This document shows, piece by piece, positions 34,928 through 48,160 of a stretch of DNA of 49,151 bases (its first letter is position 1; each line of letters starts with the position of its first letter). The notes under the pieces are model-generated. The model was given only the letters and a program-made list of their open reading frames with translations. It did not search any database and was not told the DNA's origin. The position numbers were made by a program, and so were the translations under genes. The stretch comes from Octopus bimaculoides. Its lineage: Eukaryota. The DNA lies in the NCBI RefSeq assembly GCF_001194135.2, contig NC_069004.1, positions 1,222,651-1,271,801 of the forward strand, in the 5' to 3' direction.

Positions 34928-35770
34928 GTAAGTATTAACTTAAGGGTCGTCACTTTTGATGTTGTTTAGTAATCTCAAAATAGGGGTTTCCTTCTATAAG
35001 ACACTGAAATCACTCGATTGTAATTATGAACCAAAAGAGAGATGTCTTAGTTGCTAATTACTGATTACTATATTGTCTTTTAGTCCCAGTTTGGATGAAG
35101 CAATCTTCCATTGAAGTTCCAACCATGGCCATCCCATTTACCGAGACATCTAGTGTATCCAGGAAAGTTCATAAAAGTGTTTAATAAGTTCAACTGCCCC
35201 AAGGACGGGAGAGAGTCTGACACTTTCAGTTTGTGTCCATCGCATGATAGTGTAAAAGAGTGAGCAGATGGTGTTGTCATTTGGGTTGTGACCAGTCTAC
35301 CTTGGACTACATTATCTAATGTGTTTATTCCTGTTTAAAGACAACAGGTTGTTATTTCATGGAGATTTGGCTGCTATTGTTAGCATGCCTTGTAAAGATA
35401 TCTGCATTGGCTCATAGTTTCATTGCTGTTATTCAGCTCCAAGGTCAACTATGATGAAAGGTGTTCCAGCTGTGGCCATCCTGTCTTTTTAAGGACAATA
35501 TTTAAATAATAAAATGCATTATTTCCTTAATTAAGATGATAAGCTATAGTTTGAAGGCAATTTGTTCCCTGCACCAATTTTTCACTGTTCATACTGAGGG
35601 TGAGAAGGATCAGCTTACAACAATGGACCTAAATTGAGGTCAAAATATGTGTCTGTAGCTGTCCCTGGGCTCCAAAACAACAGGTGGTCCTTTTCTCCTT
35701 AATATGTAAATTCAATAAATTTCTTCAAATTATCTCCCCCCCCCTCATTAGGTTTATATTTTTGTTTCAG

Positions 35771-35893
35771 GGTTGAACAGATTGGGACTTCATCCGATAA
35801 AGAAGATGAAGAATGTTGCATTTGCATGGAAAGGAAGTCTGAAATAATCCTCCCTTGTATGCATTGCTTTTGTGAAATTTGCATTGACTCCTG
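35771..35893 (+). CDS. RNF141: RNF141 coding exon 4 (RING N-half)
   Basis: TTTGTTTCAG| acceptor, TG|GTAAGT donor. Reads EDEECCICMERKSEIILPCMHCFCEICIDSW. Confidence 0.95.
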
Positions 35894-35942
35894 GTAAGTT
35901 CCAAGACTTTCCTACATTACTGTTAAGTAGAATTGGTAGAGC

Positions 35943-36170
35943 ATCAGGAGCATGGCCTAGTGGTTAGGGTGTTGGACGCATGGTCATAAGATTGTGGTTT
36001 CAGTTCCTGGACCAGGCGATGTGTTGTGTCCTTGGTCAAAACACTTCATTTCACATTGCTCCAGTTCACTCAGCTGGCCGAAATGAGTAAGCCTACAATG
36101 GACTGGCAGCCCATCCAGGGGAGAAAAGAATATATGCACCAGAGATACCAGGAAACTGGCCCTGTGCTCC
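35943..36170 (+). mobile_element. tRNA-derived SINE in RNF141 intron
   Basis: TGGCCTAGTGG A box, GGTTTCAGTTCC B box, then the GTTGTGTCCTTGG..AAACACTTCATTTCAC central segment. Confidence 0.7.
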
Positions 36171-36400
36171 TTACAGAGTGATGTGGACTGACCACGCAGT
36201 GTACAAAATGCCACTGAGGTATTTAGTGATCACTCTTTACTGTTTGTGTTGATGTTGTTGTTGTTGTTACTGCATTGAAGGCTGTAGAATGGTTTTCAAT
36301 ATCAATTGATGTGATTAGAAAACTCTGGATAAGACTTGGCCATGTGGGTTGCACCACATGAGAGTTTAGTGTAGCAGAGCAATTTGCATTCCAAATGATG

Positions 36401-36456
<56 letters not shown>

Positions 36457-36623
36457 TGGGGGAGATATGTGCTTCTGCTGTTAGTCACAAGACAAATTAA
36501 CCCAAGCTGGAAGCAATCATATGACGTGCTTCATACAAAATAAATTCTCCTTCTGTCATCATTCTGTCATTTTTAACTTCACAGATTGAGACATAAATTT
36601 GTTTGTATTCTTTCTTTTTCCAG

Positions 36624-36780
36624 GAATATTTTGCACAGAACTTGTCCAGTATGTCGTGCCAATGTCCAAGGCGCTGATGACACATGGGTTCTTACCGAAA
36701 AGCCAGACAGCACTGAATACGACTCCCAGTTAAAGGGTTATCTAGTAGGACTGGCAGATACTGTGGGAGACCCACAATAG
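36624..36780 (+). CDS. RNF141: RNF141 terminal coding exon (RING C-half)
   Basis: TTCTTTTTCCAG| acceptor. Reads NILHRTCPVCRANVQGADDTWVLTEKPD...DPQ*, completing a C3HC4 RING. Total CDS 702 nt = 233 aa plus stop. Confidence 0.95.
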
Positions 36781-37146
36781 CTCACTTCCATCTTAACTTT
36801 AAATCATTAATATCTTTTTCCAATTTATTCCCTCCGTTTAGACAAATCACCTGTGTTCCTGTTTTTTTTTTCTTTTTATATAAAATTATATTTATTCACA
36901 AAGAATGTCATGAGTATATGTATAAGTCTGTGTGTGTTTGTGTATATCTGTGTGTGTGTGTGAACGTGTGTGTGTGTCTGTGTGAACATTGTGTGTGTGT
37001 ATGTATATATATATATGATATGTGTAGGTATATATAAACTAATAAAAGATATATCTATGAATGTATATGTATATGTGTATGCACACTTAGAAACATATAT
37101 GTATATATATTATATCGATATATCTATATCTATACATACAAGTACA

Positions 37147-37189
<43 letters not shown>

Positions 37190-37969
37190 AGATGTATAAA
37201 TGCTTGTGTTTGTATAAATTATTTTTTTTCCTTTTTCTTATAAAAACTCGCCCTACCCCTCTTATCAGATTCTCAACATTTTATAAGCTTAGAAGGTGAA
37301 TATTCGAAAGAGTCAACAATTGACTTCTTCTTTGGTGTTGGTGTTGGTGTTGGTGGAAGATTTTATTTTCATACAATGTNNNNNNNNNNNNNNNNNNNNN
37401 NNNNNNNNNNNNNNNNNNNNNNNNNNNNNNNNNNNNNNNNNNNNNNNNNNNNNNNNNNNNNNNNNNNNNNNNNNNNNNNNNNNNNNNNNNNNNNNNNNNN
37501 NNNNNNNNNNNNNNNNNNNNNNNNNNNNNNNNNNNNNNNNNNNNNNNNNNNNNNNNNNNNNNNNNNNNNNNNNNNNNNNNNNNNNNNNNNNNNNNNNNNN
37601 NNNNNNNNNNNNNNNNNNNNNNNNNNNNNNNNNNNNNNNNNNNNNNNNNNNNNNNNNNNNNNNNNNNNNNNNNNNNNNNNNNNNNNNNNNNNNNNNNNNN
37701 NNNNNNNNNNNNNNNNNNNNNNNNNNNNNNNNNNNNNNNNNNNNNNNNNNNNNNNNNNNNNNNNNNNNNNNNNNNNNNNNNNNNNNNNNNNNNNNNNNNN
37801 NNNNNNNNNNNNNNNNNNNNNNNNNNNNNNNNNNNNNNNNNNNNNNNNNNNNNNNNNNNNNNNNNNNNNNNNNNNNNNNNNNNNNNNNNNNNNNNNNNNN
37901 NNNNNNNNNNNNNNNNNNNNNNNNNNNNNNNNNNNNNNNNNNGATATAAACACTTTATTTCTCTTCATG

Positions 37970-38332
37970 TGGAGGCACAATGGCCCAGTGGTTAGGGCAG
38001 TGGACTCGTGGTCTTAGGATCACGGTTTTGATTCCCAGACCGGGCGTTGTGAGTGTTTATTGAGCGAAAACACCTAAAGCTCCACGAGGCTCCGGCAGGG
38101 GATGGTGGTGAACCCTTCTGTACTCTTTCACCACAACTTTCTCTCTTTCTTCCTGTTTCTGTTGTACCTGTATTTCAAAGGGCCAGCCTTGTCACACTGT
38201 GTCACGCTGAATCTCCCTGAGAACTATGTTAAGGGTACACGTATCTGTGGAGTGCTCAGCCACTTGCACATTAATTTCAGAGATTGAATCAACTGGAACA
38301 CTCGTGGTCGTTACCGATGGAGTGCCAACAAT
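37970..38332 (+). mobile_element. Near full-length tRNA-derived SINE
   Basis: Pol III A box TGGCCCAGTGG and B box GGTTTTGATTCC, followed by a non-tRNA body; no cloverleaf 3' end. Confidence 0.75.
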
Positions 38333-40935
38333 TTCTCTTCATACATGTGTAGAGAAATGTGCTCACATACACATAAACACAGGTAGAGGTATGTGGCCTG
38401 GTGGTTACAATGTTGCAACCATAGGCCTAACTGGTGTTGGATGTTACCTTTTATATAAGCATAGAGATGGAGAAAGGGAAGGAGAGAAATATTAGAACAA
38501 GAAACATTAAAGTGCCAGATTTCTAGTCAGCATCATATCAGCCATGCCAAGTAAGCAGCACCAAGATGGCTGTGCCAAAATGTCTCATACCTTTGGAATG
38601 GCTAGGGATAATAACAATGAAAATGCTGAAATAATTTTTTTTTTAAATGTTTCTTTTGCTATTGTTTTTTTTTTAAAACCCATCTCATATCTGTGTGGGA
38701 GTTAGAAAATTATCTCTTGATCTGATTCTGTTCATTGATCTGATGACTATTTCAAAAAAAATTATTTAAATATATCAAATCTTTAAATAAAATCTAACAA
38801 CTTGGAAATAAATATGCAATGCAAAATTTATTTTTGAATCATATCGGTAAATCAACAAAGACATAGCTGTGCGGCCTAGAAGTCTGTCTGCCAAGCATAC
38901 AGTTTCTGGGTTTGATGCATGGCACCTTGAGCAAGTATCTTTTACCACAGCATTGAGTTGACTGATGCCGTTGAGAGTGGAATTTGGTTGATGGAAACAG
39001 TGTGTGGATATCTACTTGAATGGCTAATCCATAATCATTAGGTTGCTTATAATTACTTTGACACATTTTTTATGTCCATGCTATTAAGTTTCAGCAATGA
39101 AAACTTTACCATTTTACTAAATTTCATGTTAGTATGAAACTGCTCAGAAATTGATGATTCAGTCAAAAAAAAATACTCCATGGTATTTGTTCCACCCAAG
39201 TTTCTCAGGCTCTCCCTTGTCATTCTTGTCTTTGTAAATGCAGTGAAACAATGATTGGCTCATTAGAAACCTTATAGACATCAGTGCTATTGTTCACTTT
39301 GCAAAATGCGTGATTTATAAAATAATAGGTAAAAAAAAAATATCTAAAATAGTTATTTATGAAATTATTCCATTTTCAATCTAAGCTTGTGTTTCTCCTT
39401 TTGTTTATTCCTCTTTAGAGCTTCAGTTTTCTCTATTGCTCGCTGCATCACATGGGCTAAGTAAGCATTTGCAATTATCAAGAAATAAATACTGTTGGAT
39501 CCATTCAAATTCATGACAATCCTAAACATTTAATCCGTTTGATAAGCCATCACATCTTTTTAACAGATTAGGATAGAAAACCAATAATTCATTCTTGATT
39601 CATTCCTTGTACTTCTTTAAAAGTGGGCAACAGAATGTTTTGAAGATTTTCTTGGGGACAATTTTGATCCAGGGAGATCAGCCTTCACAATCAATAACTT
39701 TTCTTCTAGAAAAAGCATTTAAAATTAATTAATCTGTTTCACTGTATTTTTTAAAACTCTTCTTTTGTTTTATAACAATTTATGTTGTTAAAAATAACGA
39801 TATTTTGTATCATTAAACTCTTTCGTTACCACATTTCTGTTGAAATTTCCTTTCTCTTTTTCAATTATATTTTAAAATAATTTAATAAAACTTTATCATT
39901 ATCAAATTAGTATTTGGAACATAAATAAGAAAGTTTTAATTTAGATTTCCTTAAGACAGGAAATTTGTATCATAAAGCCAGGAACAGTCTCAGGTGGATT
40001 AGTAGGAAAATAGTTAAAACTCTTAATCCCACGAGAAGCATACCTTTTATATCTGAAAGTTATTGACTGAATTGATCTATGATTTTGTATCAGAAACAGT
40101 TGTGCAGTTGTAAGTGTAATTCTTTGCTCTGAACTCAAACTTATATTTGATATAAAATGTAATCAAAGCTTATACTTAATATTTCTTAGTCCTCGTATTT
40201 CAGTATTTCTAAAATCTGTAGGGAAAATCTGATTTAGCTATTCTAAAGCAAAACTGGAGCTGCTAGAATTATACCTGCCGTGTCATTGGATTACAGGTTT
40301 TTGCTGCCCATCAATGGTATAGAAAAAATAAATTGTGTTTACATTCTTATTTAACTCATTTGGAGGATTTATAGTGTTTTAATTTTATTTGAATTCTGCT
40401 AGAAATTAGACATTGGCTGTTATTTGTGGAGAGTATAAGAAAGATATCATATTAAAGTATTCACAAAGAACTTAAGATTCTTGAAATGATTTCAGCATGG
40501 AAAACACACAGAAAAACACACATTTTGTGAGTATTTTCCATAATTTTGTTTTCTGAATAAAGATTAGTTTAATGGTCATAAGTTACCATTTCTGCTCATG
40601 TGCTGCTGTTAAACCTACTGTTTTTGATATTATTTATTATTGTTGAAGTTGTTGTTGTTATTGTTGTTGCTGTTGTTAGTCTGGTGAAATGGCAGAATCA
40701 TTAGGGTATCAAGCAAAATGCCTTGTATTATTTCATTTCATTTCCTTATGTTCCGTGTTCAAATCCTGCCATGGCGAATTTTGATTAAAGAAAGGACCAG
40801 CCAAGCACTGGATTCGATTTAACCTTCTAGCATTTAAACCAGCCACAACTGACCCAAATATTCTGTTTTATGTTCAAACCAGCCAGATCTGACCTCTCAT
40901 ACCTACCCTACAACAGCATTCTTATATATGTAAAT

Positions 40936-41050
40936 GTATTATTTAGAGCAGTTTGATTCGGTTCCAAGCGACTTAAAGTTTCGCAGGCCTCTAACAGTCA
41001 AATGGAACTTTAAGTTGAATGCAACTGAATCAAACTGTTCTAAATAATAC
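40936..41050 (+). repeat. Inverted repeat / long hairpin (46-bp arms, 23-nt loop)
   Basis: Base-by-base pairing on the plus strand gives 39 Watson-Crick pairs, 4 G-U pairs and 3 mismatches. Confidence 0.85.
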
Positions 41051-41142
41051 GTGTAACTCCTGCTAAATGTGTTGAGTACCTTTTTCTTTGTTCACTCTCA
41101 TAGATATATATATACACACACACGACCCCCTCTCTCTCTCTG

Positions 41143-41179
<37 letters not shown>

Positions 41180-41841
41180 ATGTATGTATAAATGTATGCA
41201 TGTACAAATATGTATGTACATATGTGTGTGTGTTGTTTTTTTTTATATATTGATCCATTTTTTTTTTCTTTTTGTCCTAAACACCCAAATATGAAGCAAT
41301 GAAGTTGTTTAGCCCCAGGTCAACCCTTCTCAAGCAGACTTATTCTCAAAAGCTTTCCACTTATGACCATCCTATCCTTTTTCTTCAGTTTTATTGTCCC
41401 CTCTCCCTGTTTGAGCTACATTATCCAATGTATCCTTTTCTTAAGATGGTTGGGTATGATTTGCAACAGATCTGGCTGCTATTGCTTGCAGGTCAGGTGA
41501 CCGCATAATGGCTCCCTTGCTGGTTTGTGAAACGATGGAGTTGTCACGTTGTGCTTGTTTCTTTTGTCTTGTTTTCATTGATTTGTTAATGTTGTTACAA
41601 AGTGCAATGGAAAAAAAAAACGCTGAAAAATGCCATATTTATGACTTTGTTGTAAAGAACTAATCTCACTGTCAGATTGTCTCCCTTCACAGTGACAGCA
41701 TTGTCAAACTGTCGTTGTGTGCAATCACAATGCTGTGATATTGTCTCCCTTCATATTGAGATCACTATTGCAGACTGTTTTCTAGGCAGTCGTATCACTG
41801 TTGTACCAGGACACATTATGCTTCTGCAAACATACTGCACT

Positions 41842-41881
<40 letters not shown>

Positions 41882-43569
41882 TCTTGCTGTGGTAGCCTTT
41901 AAATTCATCTTCACACAATGAAAGTGCTGCTCACCTCTCTACAGAACAACTCTGCTCTTACCTCTCTTTGCTGTGCTTACAATGATGGCCTTTTAACTGA
42001 TCTTCATACAATCAAAACAGCTGTCCATCACTACACAGAACAGGTCTTCCTCTTTCCACCTTTTACTCTTCTTGTTACTATGACAGCCTTTATTCTTTTC
42101 AAATTAAACTTCACACAAACATCCATCTCTCTGCTATTTCTTGAGTTACTGAGTGAATATTCGTGCATGTATGTATATTATCACTTTTTTTCAAAAAATT
42201 CTTTGAATTCTTCTTATAAAGAAGGAGATGATTTCTAACACAGAAATAGAAATCTTCATCGCTGAAATTTCCATAACATCAATAGTAAAGCATTTAATAT
42301 TAAATTTCGGGAAAGTCTTGCATATTTTCACTGTTCCACCTACAGATTATTTTACAGCATGTGTATGTGTTTGTGGTGCATGTGTGTGCTTGTGCATGTG
42401 TGTGAGTGTGTATGTGTATGTCTGCGTGTGCGTGTATTTATGTATTTAGGTATGATTTTATTTATTTTAATTATTCAAATTCTTCTCGTAAAGAAGGAAC
42501 CAATTTCCTGGTTTCTAACGAAGAAATAATTCTTCATTGCTGGAATTTCCATAATAACAACAGTAATGAATTAAATGTTGAATTAAAGAAAAAAAAAATC
42601 CTTGCATAGTTTTGCTGTTCTGCTTACGCATTGAGTATAGAGTATGCATGTATGGATTTATATATTTGTGTGTGTGTGTGTGTGTTTCTTGGAAGATATT
42701 TTTTGGTATCAGTTTGGAAATTCTGCCAATGAATTAAGCTTGACCTTCAGCTATACCGATCTCACTCCCCATCACCTTCGAGAACCATTCCTTTTCAAAG
42801 CCTGGACATTATTTCTGACCAATGTCCTCATTCTCTAACATTAAAATTTAAAAAATTTTTAATATTAGCAATTTTATTCTGAAAATCAAATTAACAAANN
42901 NNNNNNNNNNNNNNNNNNNNNNNNNNNNNNNNNNNNNNNNNNNNNNNNNNNNNNNNNNNNNNNNNNNNNNNNNNNNNNNNNNNNNNNNNNNNNNNNNNNN
43001 NNNNNNNNNNNNNNNNNNNNNNNNNNNNNNNNNNNNNNNNNNNNNNNNNNNNNNNNNNNNNNNNNNNNNNNNNNNNNNNNNNNNNNNNNNNNNNNNNNNN
43101 NNNNNNNNNNNNNNNNNNNNNNNNNNNNNNNNNNNNNNNNNNNNNNNNNNNNNNNNNNNNNNNNNNNNNNNNNNNNNNNNNNNNNNNNNNNNNNNNNNNN
43201 NNNNNNNNNNNNNNNNNNNNNNNNNNNNNNNNNNNNNNNNNNNNNNNNNNNNNNNNNNNNNNNNNNNNNNNNNNNNNNNNNNNNNNNNNNNNNNNNNNNN
43301 NNNNNNNNNNNNNNNNNNNNNNNNNNNNNNNNNNNNNNNNNNNNNNNNNNNNATATGTATATATAGACACACATACACATATGTGTGTGTGTGTGTATAT
43401 ATGTATGTATGTATACGTATATATGTCTAAAAATTTGGAAACAAGGTTTGTACTGTTTGGATTTTTTTTATTCATATTAATTTGGGTTTTATAGATTTTG
43501 TTAAAGTTCTTTAAATTACCAAGAAACAGTGGCTCAATATTATATATATATATAGATGAGGAATTACGT

Positions 43570-43812
43570 ACATTATTTACAATTGACGGATATTTGTCCT
43601 CATCTTGTTTGTTGTTAATGTTTCGGCTGATATACTCTCCAGCCTTCATCAGGTGTCTCGGGGAAATTTCGAACTTGGGTTCTCATACCTTAGGAATGAG
43701 AACCCAGGTTCAAAATTTCCCCAAGACCTCTGATGAAGGCTGGAGAGTATATCAGCCGAAACATTAACAACAAACAAGATGAGGACAAATATCTGTCAAA
43801 TGTAAATAATGT
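43570..43812. repeat. 243-bp palindrome of a Penelope-like terminal sequence
   Basis: Two 121-bp arms with 8 mismatches, no indels and a 1-nt centre at 43691. Each arm carries CTGATGA-A-GGCTG-(10 nt)-CAGCC-GAAAC. Confidence 0.85.
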
Positions 43813-43897
43813 GTATACATATATATATATAAATGTGTATATATTTATTAAATATATAAAATAAATATAAATATCTGTATATTCATACATATATATG

Positions 43898-43928
<31 letters not shown>

Positions 43929-44129
43929 GCATCTAGGAATATATGTGTTAATACATATATGGATGTACATGTAATGTTAGTGTACACACAAAAAAAGAAA
44001 AAATCCATAGCATAATCAATGTTTTCTGTAATAGAGTTTATATTATTTATTGGTACAATAAAGTCAAAGGTTTCCCTCTCGTTGATTGAAATTTTCTTTT
44101 CCACAAATGATCTTATGGTTTGCAATACT

Positions 44130-44355
44130 AAGTTCAGGAAACTTGCCAGTCACCTACCGATCTGGAAGACACACCAGCCAAATTGACTGCATCCTCGTCA
44201 GGAAAAGGGAAAGATGGGATATAGCTTCACATGATGTGGAAGACAACTGGAGGTTTCTACGAGACAACCTGCTGAGGGCCACTGACCAGATCTGTGGATG
44301 GTGCTAAGTTCCTTCTCGACCCAAGGTAACGTGGTGGTGGAACAATGTTGTTGAC
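44130..44355 (+). mobile_element. Internally deleted RTE LINE fragment (endonuclease C-terminus fused to linker)
   Basis: VTYRSGRHTSQIDCILVRK (APE endonuclease TY..QIDYIL motif) is joined directly to DVEDNWRFLRDNLLRATDQICGWC*...KVTWWWN (RTE post-endonuclease WWN motif). Confidence 0.75.
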
Positions 44356-44864
44356 AACGACGGTCAAATAAAGAGACTACATTTATTGAAAAATATCAAC
44401 CGAGCCTTAATATGAACATATAATCAACTTTTAACGATGTAAACGTTTTAGTTCATAAATATATATGATTTTAATTTACATATAATCAGTTTGCTTTCCA
44501 ACAATAGGTAATTACCTCCCTTATTTCTTATAATAACAATCACTGATTNNNNNNNNNNNNNNNNNNNNNNNNNNNNNNNNNNNNNNNNNNNNNNNNNNNN
44601 NNNNNNNNNNNNNNNNNNNNNNNNNNNNNNNNNNNNNNNNNNNNNNNNNNNNNNNNNNNNNNNNNNNNNNNNNNNNNNNNNNNNNNNNNNNNNNNNNNNN
44701 NNNNNNNNNNNAATTATAAAATTAACACTAACCACTTTGTCATGATCAGCATAAGCGAAACCGGTCGACTATGTAAATATATTTCATATATATATATGTT
44801 TTCCACCGTAAATTTTCTCTGCATTTTCCTTCTTTATATATTTTACTTTATCTATCTACATACA

Positions 44865-45080
44865 CGAAGGGGTGCTGAAAAGTTTCTGGCTTTAAGGGCA
44901 TCGCGAAAGTTCTAGCTGGATGCCCAACCTTCCGAATTCTTTTTCAGGACCTAGAAAAACTGAAGGACTGCTGCAATAAGTGTGTGAATCTGAGAAGGGA
45001 TATGTTGAATAAAATCATAATTAACCGATCCTCCTGTATTTTCTTTTAACTAAAACCAAGAGCTTTTCGATACCCCCTCA
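44865..45080 (+). mobile_element. Mariner-derived non-autonomous element
   Basis: Terminal inverted repeats CGAAGGGGTGCTGAAAAGTTTCTGGCTTT and AAAACCAAGAGCTTTTCGATACCCCCTCA. Internal LEKLKDCCNKCVNLR(G)(E)YVE* matches the mariner transposase C-terminus (KCxxxxGxYVE). Confidence 0.75.
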
Positions 45081-46958
45081 TGTGTACACACACAGGTGGT
45101 ATATGTTAATGGATTCGAAGAGAAGGGAATGGAATGCCTTTAAGCAGTATTAAAGGTGTAAGCCGATGGTTTTTATTTGTCGTGCCTCAGCCGGTTTTAC
45201 TTCAAATTCCCGTGGCAGGATTGCTGTATCTGTCCGCTTGTCGAAATTTGACCACTCTATATATAAAGATTGCGGTAGGTTGGTGAATGATGTGAAGTTT
45301 CTTTATAAGACATAAGTTGCAGCATTTTCGTCCGTTCTTAAATGCTTGCGTTTTATTTTACACACTATATAAGTCATTGGTAGTCTCCTGTGAAAATTGT
45401 TCCGTTAACCTTACAAAACTTGTTAATGTGTTGTTATTGGTGGAGTTGCCAGTACTGTAGACAATGTTTTTCTCTAAGCACTTTCCTTTGGGAGGAAAAG
45501 TTTCGTATTTCGACAATTGAATGCCGAATCACTTCTCTCTACATTTATTTGTACTGGTGACCCTTAAAAACACTATACATACTTTCTATGCAATTGTAGA
45601 TTACCTTGATGTTGTTTTAGTTGAACAGCTGGTGCTATCTATGGTCGTTCGCAACATGATTTCCGATTACGAAGATAAAATGCTTTGCACCTCTGGTTTT
45701 CATAACAATGTTGTATGATGGATTGTACCACATAATAAGAATTCTGGTATTCTTATGGAGATTGTTAGATGATATGATTCTAATTTATTCTCTCCTGGTT
45801 ACGTAAAAGTGTAACACTCTTGTATTTTACTATTGAAGGTAGTTTTATTGGAAGATATGCAATTATATTCTTGCTGATGCGTGTTAGTATTTACTTGAGG
45901 GAATCTGATGGGTAGCAGGGTTTTGTGTAAAGGTAAAATGGAATGCTATTTGGGTTCTTGGAAAGTTGATACGATTTCAAATTTCGTTTTAACTTGACTT
46001 TAGAAGTTTACTGTTGCAAAGTTTGATTCAACCTTCTGGATGCCATTTCTGGTAGGTAGCGCGATCTCGTAGAAGCTCCTTCATTGTATCTACAACTATA
46101 TAATCCAATGCGTGCCTTCTTTCTTAAACATTACATTATGATTTGAAAGACTTTTGACTTATTTCTAACAGGCTAAGTCACAGCATAGGCTTATTTGTTA
46201 CTGTTACTACCATCCTGTACAACCTTGCTTCCAATACATTACCAGCAATTACTGCAAAATTCCATGCATAATACGCAGTTTTTTAACTCAAAATCAGAGA
46301 TTAGGAATATTTGTAATATATGCCATTATACAGCGAAATTTTTCCTCACCAAATTTTATTCGACAAAAACACAATGATGTGGTAAAGTTTTATTCCTTAG
46401 AATAATTTCTTTTATTGTATATTTTAGAGATTATGGTAGATTATCTATTCATGTAGCAGTTGTCCAATACTGCAAGTTATATATGGCCTTATAAGATTTT
46501 CAGATAATTTAGTCCTTAAAAATCGGGATGCGTCTTATACAGGATCGTGTATTATCCTTAAAAGCATATTATGCATGAACTTTCACAGTATTACTTTATA
46601 CAAAGTTTTGGTTTCCTGCCATCTTTCACCATAGATTTTGTTTATTCAGAAACAACTGGCACAAAGATTTTTTTTTTATTAAATATAAAAATAACAATTG
46701 ATTTAAAAATTCCTGTAACACATTTTAGACGTGACTGGAATTATAAGAGACAAAGAATATATTTCACTGATATTCATTTTTATTTTTGCGTTTTTCCTTT
46801 TATTCGTTTTTCTCATTTTTCAGAAATTTTATAAACCTGCACAGGTATCGTCTTCTTTCAGTATTCACAACTGGCACCGTTTCTCAATCTGTAACAGATG
46901 TTTCCAAGTCTTCAATTTCTGAATAATAACAATAATAATAATGACAATAATAATAATA

Positions 46959-46996
<38 letters not shown>

Positions 46997-48128
46997 AATA
47001 AAAGTAATAACGTTTTCAAATATTGGCACGCGACCAGTAATTTTAAGGGGAGCATTTTGTTTGGAGCGGTAGCGATTCAGACGGCTTGCCGCCTTATAAT
47101 AATAATAATAATAATAATAATAATTCATTTATTTCACTTGCCACAGGGGCGAGGGATGAGAGAACATTGGAAATGTTAAAGGAGTGGGAAACTTAAACAG
47201 AACCGTTTGTAAAATGAAGAATAGGTTTAAAAACATAAAAACGCTTAATGTCCGTGAAATATTTCACTCACCTTGCAGTAAATTCCCTTGGGAGCAACAC
47301 CTCCGATTCCACTCTGATGTCAGTTTTTAATACGGTCATATTGGGAGGAGAAAATGTAAGAAAGGCTACTTACCTCTGTTTTAAAGAATGGGTAATCTGG
47401 TCTTGTTGGTAGGGCGGATTTCCTTAAAATGCCCATCCAAAAGGCTGTCCATTCTACCAAAAGACATTCCCACCTCACATGGGAAATCTCTGCACAGAAT
47501 CATATACACTTCTGATACTCTTTTCTATAGGAGATCTCCGTTGTCTTAGGTAGGCATGGGGAAGAGTGCGAACTCGTTCGATGTGCATGCGGATTTAGAA
47601 ATTTTTTTATCTCTTCTTCACTGTAGAGGAGGAGCTCCACTATTCCCTGGTGTTTTCCCTTTTCCATGTACTGTGCAAGGTTCCTTACCTCATGATGCAG
47701 TTTTCGTCCTGCTCCGAAGTCTTTTCAATATCTTGGAGATGCATTTGTAAGTGATCTTTTGTACTTTTCTCCTTCAACAGCGTTTCTCCTAGAAGGGTCA
47801 TCATTCCTGGACCCTCAATATTCACGCTGTAGTTCTCCAGACTCTGAAGTAAGATGTGGCTTCATCTACATAGGGGTGGGGGTGAGCAGAATCACTGACT
47901 TAAAAAAAAGTAAGCCATACGAAAACCTCTTCCATCAAAACAACGTTACAACAGAAGACAGCAACATCAGGACATATATGTTACGCATGCGCACACACAC
48001 ACACACACACACACGCACACACACTGTCTGTCTGAGGTCCGTGTTGTAACTTGACAAACAGCACAAACCCCCGGTAGACACAAGATCTTCAATCAACAAC
48101 CTCACGATATTGTATACTGTGCGACGTC

Positions 48129-48160
<32 letters not shown>

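Noticed and set aside
37970-38045. tRNA gene
   Set aside because: It has A/B boxes but no complete cloverleaf and continues into a SINE body.
47290-47750. Possible L2/CR1-type LINE relic
   Set aside because: Only faint motif resemblance (SLLHCR...), not enough to call.
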